Positions 10,100-19,584 of a DNA stretch of 20,000 nucleotides are shown piece after piece; within the stretch, counting starts at the first letter, position 1; every line of letters starts with the position of its first letter. The translations under genes were made by a program, and so were the position numbers. Below the pieces are notes generated by a model. That model did no database searches. It had not been told where the DNA came from and saw only the letters and a list, made by a program, of their open reading frames with translations. Origin of the DNA: Chiloscyllium plagiosum (Eukaryota). Location of the stretch: NCBI RefSeq assembly GCF_004010195.1, contig NC_057757.1, forward strand, positions 4,830,071 through 4,850,070. The letters run 5' to 3'.

Positions 10100-10545
10100 T
10101 GTTGTTGGATTACAAGGGAGATCCTGGGTTTGGAGAGACTGTCTTATGAGGAGAGGTTTAGTAGACTTTGCCTGTATGTGTTGAGGTTTAGAAGAATGAG
10201 AGGTGACCTCGTTGGAATATGCAAGATTTTTAGGGGACTTAATCCTTATGGGAGAGTCTTGGACCAGACAATATAGTCTCAGAAAATTGGTATGTTCATT
10301 TAAAACAGAAATGATGAAGAATTTCTCCTCTTAGAAGGTTGTGAAATTATTTACAGCTGAGGGCTGTCAAAGCTGGGTTGCTATGTATATTCAAGGCTGA
10401 GATAGACAGATTTTTAATTGATAAGCCAATTAAGGGTTATGGGGAAAAGGAAGGAAAGTGGAATTGAGGATTATCAGGCCAGCTATGATCTCACTGAATG
10501 ATAATGCAGACTTGATGGGCTGAATGGCCTTCTTCTGCTCCTGTG
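10100..10545 (+). mobile_element. CR1 LINE 3' end
   Basis: GLERLSYEERFSRLCLYVLRFRRMRGDLVGICKIFRGL plus 3' UTR GATGGGCTGAATGGCCT. Confidence 0.85.
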
Positions 10546-11201
10546 TCCTCATGAAAATATTCTATCCAATGTTGAATTCTGACCTCCTCATCTTTAACAA
10601 CACAAACTCCATCCTGAGAGGGAAGCAGTTTTTGTCCATTTGACCATCATCTACAGGGAGCCCCGGTGGATTACAAAAAGTATTGTTGTCATGACGATTG
10701 GTTGATCTCTCGAGTTTTCGGTTTCTGCTACATGTCCTTTATCTTCCAAAATTGTCACTGGGCTTTTGATTTTGTGGCCTTTAACAGGACAGGCCTCTCT
10801 GAGTGATTAAGTGAGTCACATTGATATATCCACCTTAGTGAGGAGCTCCACTGGGAATTGTGAGAGCTGGATGGATCACAAGAGGTTGGATTAACGATGT
10901 TCCAAGAACTGTATTGTCTGAATCTAAGGTGGCTGTGACAGTGACCATCATTTCTCAGAGAACTCTGAATTCAGGTGCAGTTCTCAAATATTTTCTTTGA
11001 TTCTGACAAAAATATCAAGCACAAGAAACTGAGGACATTTGATCCCCAAAATCTGTCACACCGAGTTCTATGAATTTATTTATGATTTCATCCCTCCCCT
11101 TACTTGCTAACTGCATCCAATCCCACAATTTTCCAAGTTCTTTGCAATGTGGTTAACTCTGAAGTAACCCTTTCAAATTATCCAGCTATAGAGTAGTCCA
11201 A

Positions 11202-11363
11202 GGAGAAAGTGAGGACGGCAGATGCTGGAGATCAGAGCTCAAAATATGTTGCTGGAAAAGCGCAGCAGGTCAGGCAGCATCCAAGGAACAGGAGAATCAA
11301 CGTTTTGGGCATAAGCCCTTCTTCAGGAATGAGGAAAGTGTGTCCAGCAGGCACACATAAAAG
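11202..11363 (-). mobile_element. PLE family B terminal fragment with hammerhead motif (11295-11330) and 11-bp TSD
   Basis: Minus strand CTGAAGA-A-GGGC-TTAT-GCCC-AAAAC-GTT; GAGTAGTCCAA at 11191-11201 and 11364-11374. Confidence 0.8.
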
Positions 11364-11374
11364 GAGTAGTCCAA

Positions 11375-12030
11375 CTCAATCACGCCTACCAGGTTTCCCA
11401 AACGGAACCAATCCCTTTTGCCTGCATTTGGCCCATATCCCTCTAAGCATTTCCAATTCATGTATCTGACCAATGTCTTTTAAAATGTTGTATCTGGATC
11501 TGCCACTTTCGCTGACGGTTCATTCCACAGCCTCAGGCAACTGTCTGTGTGGAGTTTGCACATTCTCCCCGTGTCTGTGTGGGTTTCCTCCGGGTACTCC
11601 AGTTTCCTCCCAAAGTCCAAAAAAATGTGCAGGTTAGGTGAATTGGCTATGCTAAATTGTCCGTAGTGTTAGGTGTAGGGGAATGGGTCTGGGTGGGTTG
11701 CTCTTCGGAGGGTGTGTATGAACTTATTGGGCTGAAGGGCCTGTTTCCACACTGTAAGTAATCTAATCTAGACCCTCTGTGTGAAAAAAAATTGCCCCTT
11801 TTAAAACTTTCCCTTTTACCTTAAAGTTATACCCTCTAGTTTTGAAACCTTATCTTAGCCCATGCATGATTTTATACAATTCAATGAGGTCACCCCTTAA
11901 CCTCCTACACTCCACTGAAAAAAGTCCCAGCCAGTGCAACCTCTCCTTTTAACTCAAATTCTCCAGTCTTGGTAATATCCTTGTAAATCTTTTCTGCACC
12001 TTCTCCAATTTAATAATATCCTTCCTGAAG
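11375..12030 (-). mobile_element. CR1 LINE 3' end, interrupted by an HE1 SINE
   Basis: Reverse-complement homology to 8757-9200 (CCTTGTAAATCTTTTCTGCACC; CCCTCTAGTTTTG; CATTCCACA). Confidence 0.85.
11531..11771 (+). mobile_element. 5'-truncated HE1-like V-SINE nested in CR1
   Basis: GTGTGGAGTTTGCACATTCTCCCCG...CCTGTTTCCACACTGTAAGTAATCTAATCTAG. Confidence 0.9.
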
Positions 12031-12632
12031 GGAATTGGGGATGCAAAACAAATGCTAGCCTCGACACACACACACACATATATATATATAAAAGCTACGT
12101 ACTCTCACTGCAATTCTGAATTTATTACAGCAACAGGTCACCGTCACTCTTAATGTGGTTTATTGCAACTTGCATTTCCGCCAGGGCTGTTTCCAATTTT
12201 CCAATCAAGTCCACCCCCCCCTTTAACTTAATTACAAGAAAGAAATACAATGGTCAAACCAAGTGTCACTTTCCCAAATGTGCGACTTGCATAACCATTC
12301 ATTTGCAATGTTGGAGTGAGGCAATCAACAAGTATGCATTTCCGTTAAGGCAGAACCGACTCTTAACCCAGAGGAACCTCACAAACCATTCCATTCAGAT
12401 ACACTGCAGACTTTCCAGGGGGGTGTTGCTGACTGCCACTTTCTCAAAGCTGTTAAGGACAGGCAACAAATGAATGCCTTGCCAGTGACAGCCACATCTT
12501 AAAAATGACATGCAATAGATACGCATCCTGTAAATTTGAAGCATTGACATTAACAGAGGGGAAAACATGAGGATGTTGGTCCACACACAGAGAAATGTCA
12601 CTATATATCCAAAGGGGCCCTCTGCTGTCTGG

Positions 12633-12737
12633 CAGCTGGTAGCCTTTTAAATCGCAAGGGTTAATCCCGCGCTCAGGCAATTTGGGAGAGCGTCTCATGT
12701 TACTGAACTAAGCACACGCCTATAACAACAGGTATGC
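12633..12737 (+). promoter_or_regulatory. Putative core promoter and non-coding first exon of the ALOX gene
   Basis: CAGCTG at 12633, TTTTAAA at 12645-12651, donor-like CAG|GTATGC at 12731/12732; a pyrimidine tract plus AG directly precedes the ATG at 12928. Confidence 0.35.
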
Positions 12738-12927
12738 AGTTTGAAACACACCTAGTATTTGTTCAGTGTTTAATAGCCTTGCTAAAGGAAACCTAGCTCT
12801 GTGACATTATCCAGCGCTGACGACCCGTGAACTAGCCCTGCCCTCTGGCTGATTCACTCCAAAGCTGCGTCTCCCACAACCAGCAATACTCTTTCTTTCC
12901 TGTTCCCCTCCAAACCTTTGTGAAAAG

Positions 12928-13077
12928 ATGATCACCTACAGGGTCACAGTGGCTACAGGCACAACTTATTACTCAGGAACAAACAATTACATCTATGTCA
13001 CTCTGATAGGAGAGAAAGGGAAAAGCCAGAGGACCAGCCTGGACAAGTGGCTTCAGAATAATCTGGAGCGTGGAAGT
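12928..13077 (+). CDS. ALOX5-like: Lipoxygenase (ALOX5-like) first coding exon, PLAT/C2-like domain
   Basis: MITYRVTVATGTTYYSGTNNYIYVTLIGEKGKSQRTSLDKWLQNNLERGS aligns without gaps to the recalled human ALOX5 N-terminus ([28 protein letters not shown]...LLDKPFYNDFERGA); phase 0 donor GTAAGT at 13078. Confidence 0.93.
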
Positions 13078-13099
13078 GTAAGTGCCTGTGAGAGTTTTT

Positions 13100-13327
13100 T
13101 TTTGTGTGTGTGCATGAGAGAGAGAGTGTATGTGTCTGCATGAGTGTGCATGTGTATGAGAGAGAGAGAGGAAATGTGTGGGTTGAATTTGTGTAGTCAG
13201 TGAAACTTTTTAGATAATATGCAAGAGAGAAAGTGTGTGTGTACTGCACATCGTGCATGAATTTTGCATGAGTGAGTGTGACAGAAGTCTTGTTTATGTC
13301 TTTGCGAGTGGGTATGTGTATATACGT

Positions 13328-13366
<39 letters not shown>

Positions 13367-13620
13367 TGGCTGTGTGTAGGTGAAAAAGAGAATGGCTGTG
13401 TTTCTGTATGTGTGCAAGAGTGATTGTGTGAGAGAGTGGCCATGTGTTTGCGATGGATGTGTATCTGTGTGCAGGCTTTGTGTGCGTGTATGTGTGCCTA
13501 TTTGTGTGTTTGAAAGTGAGAGAGAGACATTTGCATGCGTGTCTGTTTGTGAGAGTGGGTGTGTGAGTGACGAGTGTAACGTGTGTTAAGTGTGCTGTGT
13601 GACTACTGAGTGTGTAAGTA
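13100..13620. repeat. (TG)n/(AG)n low-complexity microsatellite tract at the start of the intron
   Basis: Pure (TG)n then (AG)n at about 13327-13365 within degenerate TG/AG sequence. Confidence 0.9.
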
Positions 13621-14432
13621 TTCGCTGTATGGTGGCCATAAAAGCTGGTGAGTATAATGATATCACTTTTTAGTATTGAACATTTAATCTGCATTCTAAC
13701 CGTACGAGAACTCAATTTGAGAGAGGGGTGTCTCCTGTAGAAAATTAAGAACTGAAAGTTTTTTTTATAAAATAAGACCTGTGGAGGCAGGAGCTATTTT
13801 CCCAATTAATGAATTATATATAATACTCCCTTAACAGCCTGCAGCAAGACCTATAATCGCAAATTGCTCATTGATTCTTGCTTATGCAGAAAGTCTACAA
13901 TCTCCATTTCGTAGGGAAGGGTGAGCTCTATCCCCAGATTTTGCTTACTGAGATTGTTGTAAAACATATCAGCATTTAGTTTGTTTCCACTGTTGTACTG
14001 ATGCCAATTTGGCACAGAACACCGGCAGGTTCTTGAGATTAAGCAGAAGCATACCCAAAGGCAGCTAACATTTGGTGTTGCTCAACTATTGTAGACTCAC
14101 ACCAGCCACGTTCACGCCCCATGCCCAACACACCTTTTATCTAAACTGGGATTTGATGTGTGGGGAAAGGCATCTTAACTTACAGAAAGGAGAAAATGAT
14201 GGTTCCTTGGTCAGACTCTATCACAGTGGTCAGTTCCAGTTGCTGGAAGGGACCTCAGGAAGGGTCAATACCGAACGTCTGATTCATCATAGTGCAATTA
14301 GTATTGATCACCGTTATGTACGAACAATGCTAGGTGTGGCCTTAAATGACATTCGTTCTTGTTTCACAGTGTTTCTATTCCAAGCCTATACTTGCAGTTA
14401 CAACACATCCAGTTAGGCCTGAGACCAATCTC

Positions 14433-14562
14433 ATTCTGGATAAAGGGCTTATGCCTGAAATGTCGATTCTCCCGCTCCTCGGATGTTGCCTGACATGCTG
14501 TGCTTTTCCAGCACCACACTCACGACTCTGATCTCCAGCCTCTGTCGTCTTCACTTTCTCCT
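14433..14562 (+). mobile_element. PLE family B terminal fragment, hammerhead core broken
   Basis: TGGATAA-A-GGGC-TTAT-GCCT-GAAAT-GTC followed by the family B tail; possible TSD ACCAATCTC / ACCATTCTC. Confidence 0.78.
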
Positions 14563-14579
14563 ACCATTCTCCTAAAGTA

Positions 14580-15007
14580 ACACACCACAGAAACAGAGCC
14601 TTTGGTTAAAGCAGTCCATGCCGAACGTAATCCCAACTAAACTAGTCCCAGCTGCCTGCTGCAGGGTTACAAGGACTGGGTCGGGAGTCTGGGTGGGATT
14701 CTCTTCAGGGGGTCAATGTGGGCTTGATGGGCTGAATGGCCTGCTTGTTCACTGCAGGGATTCTATGATTCAGTCCATGCCAAATGTAATCCCAACTAAA
14801 CTAGTCCCTGCTGTGTGCTCCTGGTGCATCTCCATCCAAACCTTTCTTTTGCATGTTACTTATCTAAGTGTCTTTTAAATGTTATAACTGTGGTTGCATC
14901 CACCACTTCCCCAGGAAGTTCATTCCACGTGCGAACCGCCCCCAAATTTGCCCCTTATGTCTTTTTTAAGTCTCTCTCCTCTCATCTTAAAAATATGCCC
15001 CCCAGTC
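14580..15007 (-). mobile_element. CR1 LINE 3' end with an inserted plus-strand SINE/CR1 tail (14661-14770)
   Basis: Minus-strand GHIFKMRGERLKKDIRGKF, homologous to 8986-9030. Confidence 0.8.
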
Positions 15008-15053
15008 TTGTCACCAGTTCTGAAACCGTGTATGGTTTCAGAACTGGTGACAA
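15008..15053. repeat. 46-bp palindrome (perfect 20-bp arms, 6-nt spacer)
   Basis: TTGTCACCAGTTCTGAAACC-GTGTAT-GGTTTCAGAACTGGTGACAA. Confidence 0.9.
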
Positions 15054-15504
15054 ATTTCACATGTAACGGACACGATCCTTGTTTCAAATGTCCAAGAAAG
15101 AATAACAGTAAGGATTGCTTACAGATGGCAATGTGCAATTTCAAACTCAACTCGTGAGCATGGCGGTGGCATTACTCACAATTTTAAGAGAGACATGCAT
15201 CAGGAGAAAGATTGGCTCTGATTTAAAATAAATGTCAATTTTAGCTGAATGAATTCTGAGAATGAAATTTGAACTTTACCTGGGACTGCATGTTTCCAAT
15301 AATAGTTTCTCTGAATGTAGTCTTTTTCAGGAATGTAAATATCGCGTTGTTTGTTTGATGATGCAAATACCTCCCGCCTCAGGCTTACTGCTCAAGGGTA
15401 TATGTTTTCAAATTGAAAATTGCAATAATAGAATTCAGCTTCTCTATCTGATCCTGATTTTATTTACTCCACCATTATCAGGTCATGTTGGTGAGCTGCC
15501 AAGC

Positions 15505-15790
15505 CCTGTGATTTGCTTCCCCAGGGTGGGGGAGTCCGAGCAAGATGGCATGGATTTAAGGGGAGAGGGCAAAGGTATAAAAGGGACCTGATAGAACACA
15601 AGAGGGGGGTGTGTGTATGGAATGAGCTGCCAGAGGAAATAGTGGAGGCTGGTACAATGACAGCATTTAAAAGATAGGTATAAAGATAAGAAAGGTTTAG
15701 AGAGATGTGCGCTAAACACAGGCCAATGGGACTAGTTCAGTTTCGGAAACCTGGTTGGCATGGATAGGTTGAGCATAATGCCTGTTCTCT
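15505..15790 (+). mobile_element. CR1 LINE 3' end
   Basis: TGGAATGAGCTGCCAGAGGAA...GGTACAATGAC...CATTTAAAAG is shared with 9051-9110. Confidence 0.85.
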
Positions 15791-15800
15791 CTGACATTTC

Positions 15801-15840
15801 CAGTTAAGGTTTCAAATCGAGTGACCGTTCGTCAGAACTG
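15801..15840 (-). ncRNA. Type-I hammerhead ribozyme motif of PLE family A
   Basis: Minus strand CAGTT-CTGACGA-ACGGTCACTCGATTT-GAAAC-CTT-AACTG: perfect 5-bp stem I and intact core; stems II and III partly decayed. Confidence 0.65.
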
Positions 15841-16046
15841 AAAGCAGCAGCTTGGAAAGGGCAGGGTTTATGCTGATTACAGGGGAGTGGGGAAAGGAGT
15901 GAGTGGACAGGTGGAGAGGGAGCCCAGAGAGAAATATAAAGGATAGGCAGACAAAAGGAATAAGCCAGGAAAGATGAGAAGCTAGATTGGTGCTAATGGG
16001 AACTGTGAGTGGGCGAAAATAGTTGGCCTCACACCATGTTGTAACA

Positions 16047-16234
16047 CAGTAGGTTAGGCAGCAACCGAGAGGCAGGAGAATCGACGTTTCAGGCAGAAGT
16101 CCTTCATCAGGAATGATGACCGGCTTATGCCCGAAACACCGATTCTCCACTCCTCAGGTGCTGTCTGACCTGCTGTGCTTTTCCAATACCCCACTCTCCA
16201 CTCTGATCTCCATCATCTGCAGTCCTCACTTTCT
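16047..16234. mobile_element. PLE family B inverted pair of terminal fragments, each with a hammerhead motif
   Basis: Minus arm 16047-16116 (CTGATGA...GAAACGTC at 16110-16083) and plus arm from 16112; flanked by CCATGTTGTAACA and CCATGTCATAACA. Confidence 0.82.
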
Positions 16235-17389
16235 CCATGTCATAACATGGCCTGGTGTGTGGACTGGGTAATAGATATGTTCAGGACCTAAAATTATTAA
16301 ACTCAATATTGAATCCTGAAGGTTGTAAGGTCCTCGAGTGAAAGATGAAGTGTTGTTCTTCCAGCCTGCATTGTGTCTTACTGGAGCACTGCGGGAGGCC
16401 TGAGACAGAAATGTTAAGACAAGAACATGGCAGTGTGTCAAAGTGGCAGGCAGCTGGAAGCTCGGGGTCATTTTTGTGAACAGAACTCATTATTTCATTA
16501 CTGTTTGGTCATGTAGCTGCCTACCAACCACTCAGAGACATCTTGAGATCGTGAAGGCTGCCACAGAAATGTGGAATACTGGGGGTGAGCAGTGCGATTG
16601 CCCCATTTGCACTTGCATGACTGTCAGGCTCTTGAATGAGCATGGCAACTTTATCAATGGAATGTGGAAAAGCATCTGACCCTTATGCACAGTGTAAAGC
16701 CGCACCTTATTGTCACACAGAGACCGGCTTGTCAGAGGATGTTTGGCTTGGCATATGAAACAAACATTCAGCAGGCTGAACAGGCAGATACTGTGCTGAG
16801 AGGGAAAATAAAACAACCTCATCCGACTTCTAGAATATTCCGTGCTCTGTGGGAACCAACTGTGCATGCTATCGCCAAGAGCAAAGTAATGGAACCTACC
16901 ATCCTGTGACCAACACACAGCCTCTTGGTTTAGTGCTTGGTTAAATCACAGGACATGGTTTAATCCAATCTCAACACAGCCTGATGCATTTTCCTCACAG
17001 ATTTCCTCACTCTCCCAAGGAGTGTGAATGTCAGCATTTATGGCCCAACCCTGACTGGCCTGGAGAATTGGTGCTGAGCTCCCTGTTTTAACCATTGCAG
17101 TCCAACTTCTGTAGGTATATACATGTATGACTCTAATCTGCATTGCTCCAACAATCACCTACCCAGTAGAATATCCAGGCCATTGTTGCTAAGACTATTG
17201 AGAGACCTATAAATGTAGGTCTTCAACCTACAAGAGCACCAGACGATCTGCCTCTCTCCAGCAAAGCTGTTGAGACACAATCAGATTTTGTGGCGTTTAA
17301 TGCCGCTCCAACATTAACCATTTGCAACACTTCTAAGACAACCACATTTCGCAAGTAAGGAGGCCAAAATTAAATACAGTGTGCCAGAA

Positions 17390-17690
17390 CGTCATCTCAC
17401 CAGGGGACATGTCAGATATTTCCCCTGATTGTAGGGTAGAGACCAAGGGGACGTAGCCTAGGAATAAAAGGCAAGCCAATTTATACTATAACAAGGAGGA
17501 ACATCTTCACTGGGAGGTTGGTGAATGTTTGAAATCCTTTACCGCAGCTGGTCAATCATTGCATTCTGGAATCGACAGATTTTGGGAGACCGAGGACATC
17601 GAGGGTCTTGGAGATAGTGAGATGAAATGGCCTATGAGGTGGATGAACAGCCATGAACAGTTTAGTTTGACAGACTAAATTGCTTGTTAC
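17390..17690 (+). mobile_element. Degenerate CR1 3' end
   Basis: TTCCCCTG...AGACCAAGGGGAC...GGAGGAACATCTTCACT...GGTGAATGTTTGAAAT pattern shared with other CR1 copies. Confidence 0.6.
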
Positions 17691-17764
17691 GACTTCATCT
17701 TTCAAAGTTCCCTCTGTTCCAAGGTCCACTAACATCCCCACTGAGTGGTAGCACCATCCATATA

Positions 17765-18421
17765 CTGAGGAACCTCGATTATCTGAATGAGGTGGGCGGG
17801 CTGTATTTCCTTCAGATAATTGATAATTCAGATAATCAATTTTCCCTTAAACAAGGGAAACCATGCTGATCGAACACTGTGCTCTACCAGAGAGTTTGTT
17901 TAAATCTATAATATTAATGTATTGTGTGTGAGGACACAGGTTTCACATGATGAACAAAATAAAGCAATGATAACACGAGAAAACTTTTTAAAAAATGCAG
18001 CAGTGGTTAGCATTTGGCAAGGAATGGTGAAGACAGCCTGAAGGTCCTGAACAGCTTCTACGTTTGCAAGAGCATTTGTCGGTTTCCAGGAACACAGTCT
18101 TGCATTAGAAAGATAGAAGCACCGCCTCGCACATGCATTTACGTTCTCGGACGTTTTTTTCATGAACGGTAAAGTGATGGGAATACTCTAAAACACTTAC
18201 TTTTTCAAAGGGCTGTGTAACAACCATGACCTAAAAAATATCCAGTTGCTGATGCTTGAACTGCTTGTGTTTCTATGTTCTTGCCAGTGTTTTCACATGT
18301 CCTTCAGTACAGGTAGATCGAATACACTTACCTCTTTGATGTAACATTTTTGCGGGACCTTGAAATCTTCAGATAATCCAAAATTCGCTTAATTAATATT
18401 CGGATAATCGAGGTTCCTCTG
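17765..18421. mobile_element. Tc1/mariner-type non-autonomous DNA transposon, 657 bp, same TIR family as 1953-2126
   Basis: 24-bp TIRs CTGAGGAACCTCGATTATCTGAAT and ATTCGGATAATCGAGGTTCCTCTG (22/24 match); TA on both flanks. Confidence 0.88.
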
Positions 18422-18477
18422 TAAATCTACATTTTTTTTTTCTTTTGCACTGTCCTGACTCCTCTATATTCTTTTAG

Positions 18478-18805
18478 TGTCCCCTAGTCAGGGAGTCGAG
18501 AATCAGGGGGTCATTGTTTCAGGAAATGGGGTCGGCCGATTAAGACAGAGACGGGGAAACTTTTCTTCACTCAGACAGAGGTCAACTTGTGGAATTTGCT
18601 ACTACGGAAGGTTGCGGGGGTGGGGGGGGGGGCGGTGGGGGAGCTGGGATGTTGAGGATATTCGAGAAAGAGATCGGTCATTTTGTCTTAGATATTAAAT
18701 GCATCAAAGGACATGGCTGTGAATATGGCTTTGAGACAGAGGATCAGCCATGATCATATTGAATAGCAGAGCAGGTTCGAAGGGCTGAATGGCCTCCTCC
18801 TACGT
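18478..18805 (+). mobile_element. CR1 3' end immediately upstream of the exon 2 acceptor
   Basis: TTCTTCACTCAGA...TTGTGGAATT...GATCAGCCATGATC...GAAGGGCTGAATGGCCT. Confidence 0.75.
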
Positions 18806-18839
18806 TCATTGTAACATATCTTCTCATTGGTTTGGCCAG

Positions 18840-19038
18840 GTGGATGAATACGAGGTGAAAAGTGAGCGGGATCTGGGCTCCATCTGGTGGGTGCAGTTGG
18901 AGAAAGTGAAGTTCCTGGTGGAAGATGACTGGTTTTGCCGTTATTTGACGGTATGCACCCCCTCAGGAGATATCCTACAGTTCCCCTGCTACCGGTGGAT
19001 GAGCGAAGAGGACATCATCCACGTCCGGGAAGGAAAAG
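18840..19038 (+). CDS. ALOX5-like: Lipoxygenase (ALOX5-like) second coding exon (199 bp), PLAT/C2-like domain
   Basis: Acceptor CCAG at 18839 and donor GTTCGT at 19039. VDEYEVKSERDLGSIWWVQLEKVKFLVEDDWFCRYLTVCTPSGDILQFPCYRWMSEEDIIHVREGK has the LOX hallmarks DDW and FPCYRW; phase 0 joins exon 12928-13077 in frame. Confidence 0.95.
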
Positions 19039-19099
19039 GTTCGTGTGTGACCCCGCATAGTGGAGGGTTTGAAGCTTGACGTGATGTCCCAATAACTTT

Positions 19100-19575
19100 T
19101 GATTTGATTTATTATTGTCACATGCACTGAGATGTGAAAAGTATGGTTTTACGTGCTAACCAGACAGATCCTACCTTACATAATTACGTCAGGGTAATGG
19201 AACAGAATGCAGAATATAGTGTTGAAGCTACAGAGAAGGTGTGGAGGAGGACTGACTCTAATATGTGAGAGCTCCCTTCATAAGTCTGATGACACCAAGG
19301 AAGAAGCTGTTCTTGAATCTATGTTTTCAAAGTTTTGCCCAATGGAAGAGGGGGAAGAGAGTATAACTGGGGTGGGAGGGGTCTTTAATGATATTGGCTG
19401 CTTTCCCGATGCAGAGGAAAGTGTAGATGGAGCCAATGGATGGAAGGCTGGTTTGTGTAAAGGACTGGGCTGTGTTCACAACTCTAAGTTCTTGCAGTGT
19501 TGGACAGAGCAGTTGCCTTACCAAACTGTGATGCATCCAGATAGGATGCTTTCGATGATGTATCTGTAAAAATTC
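19100..19575 (-). mobile_element. Rex1/Babar-type LINE 3' end
   Basis: RVVNTAQSFTQTSLPSIGSIYT...GKAANIIKDPSHPSYTLF resembles the Rex1/Babar ORF C-terminus; AATAAATCAAATCAAA tail. Confidence 0.8.
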
Positions 19576-19584
19576 CAATTCAAA

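Larger units (their letters stand above)
15801..16490 (-). mobile_element. PLE family A 3' end: GIY-YIG endonuclease C-terminus, 3' UTR and hammerhead
   Basis: ORF 16281-16490: DPELPAACHFDTLPCSCLNISVSGL...RLEEQHFIFHSRTLQPSGFNIEFNNFRS*, typical of the Penelope-type GIY-YIG C-terminus. Confidence 0.85.

Noticed and set aside
13078..13143. Extension of ORF 12928-13143 beyond ERGS
   Set aside because: Intron read-through after the GTAAGT donor; LOX homology resumes at 18840.
12998..13715. His/Thr-rich and Cys/Val-rich ORFs
   Set aside because: Translations of the TG/AG microsatellite.
18789..18839. ATG-initiated N-terminus of ORF 18789-19079
   Set aside because: Lies in the CR1 tail and acceptor region; the exon begins at 18840.
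865..19038. All four LOX exons as one gene
   Set aside because: Late catalytic exons lie upstream of the N-terminal exons on the same strand, so they belong to two tandem copies unless the region is misassembled.
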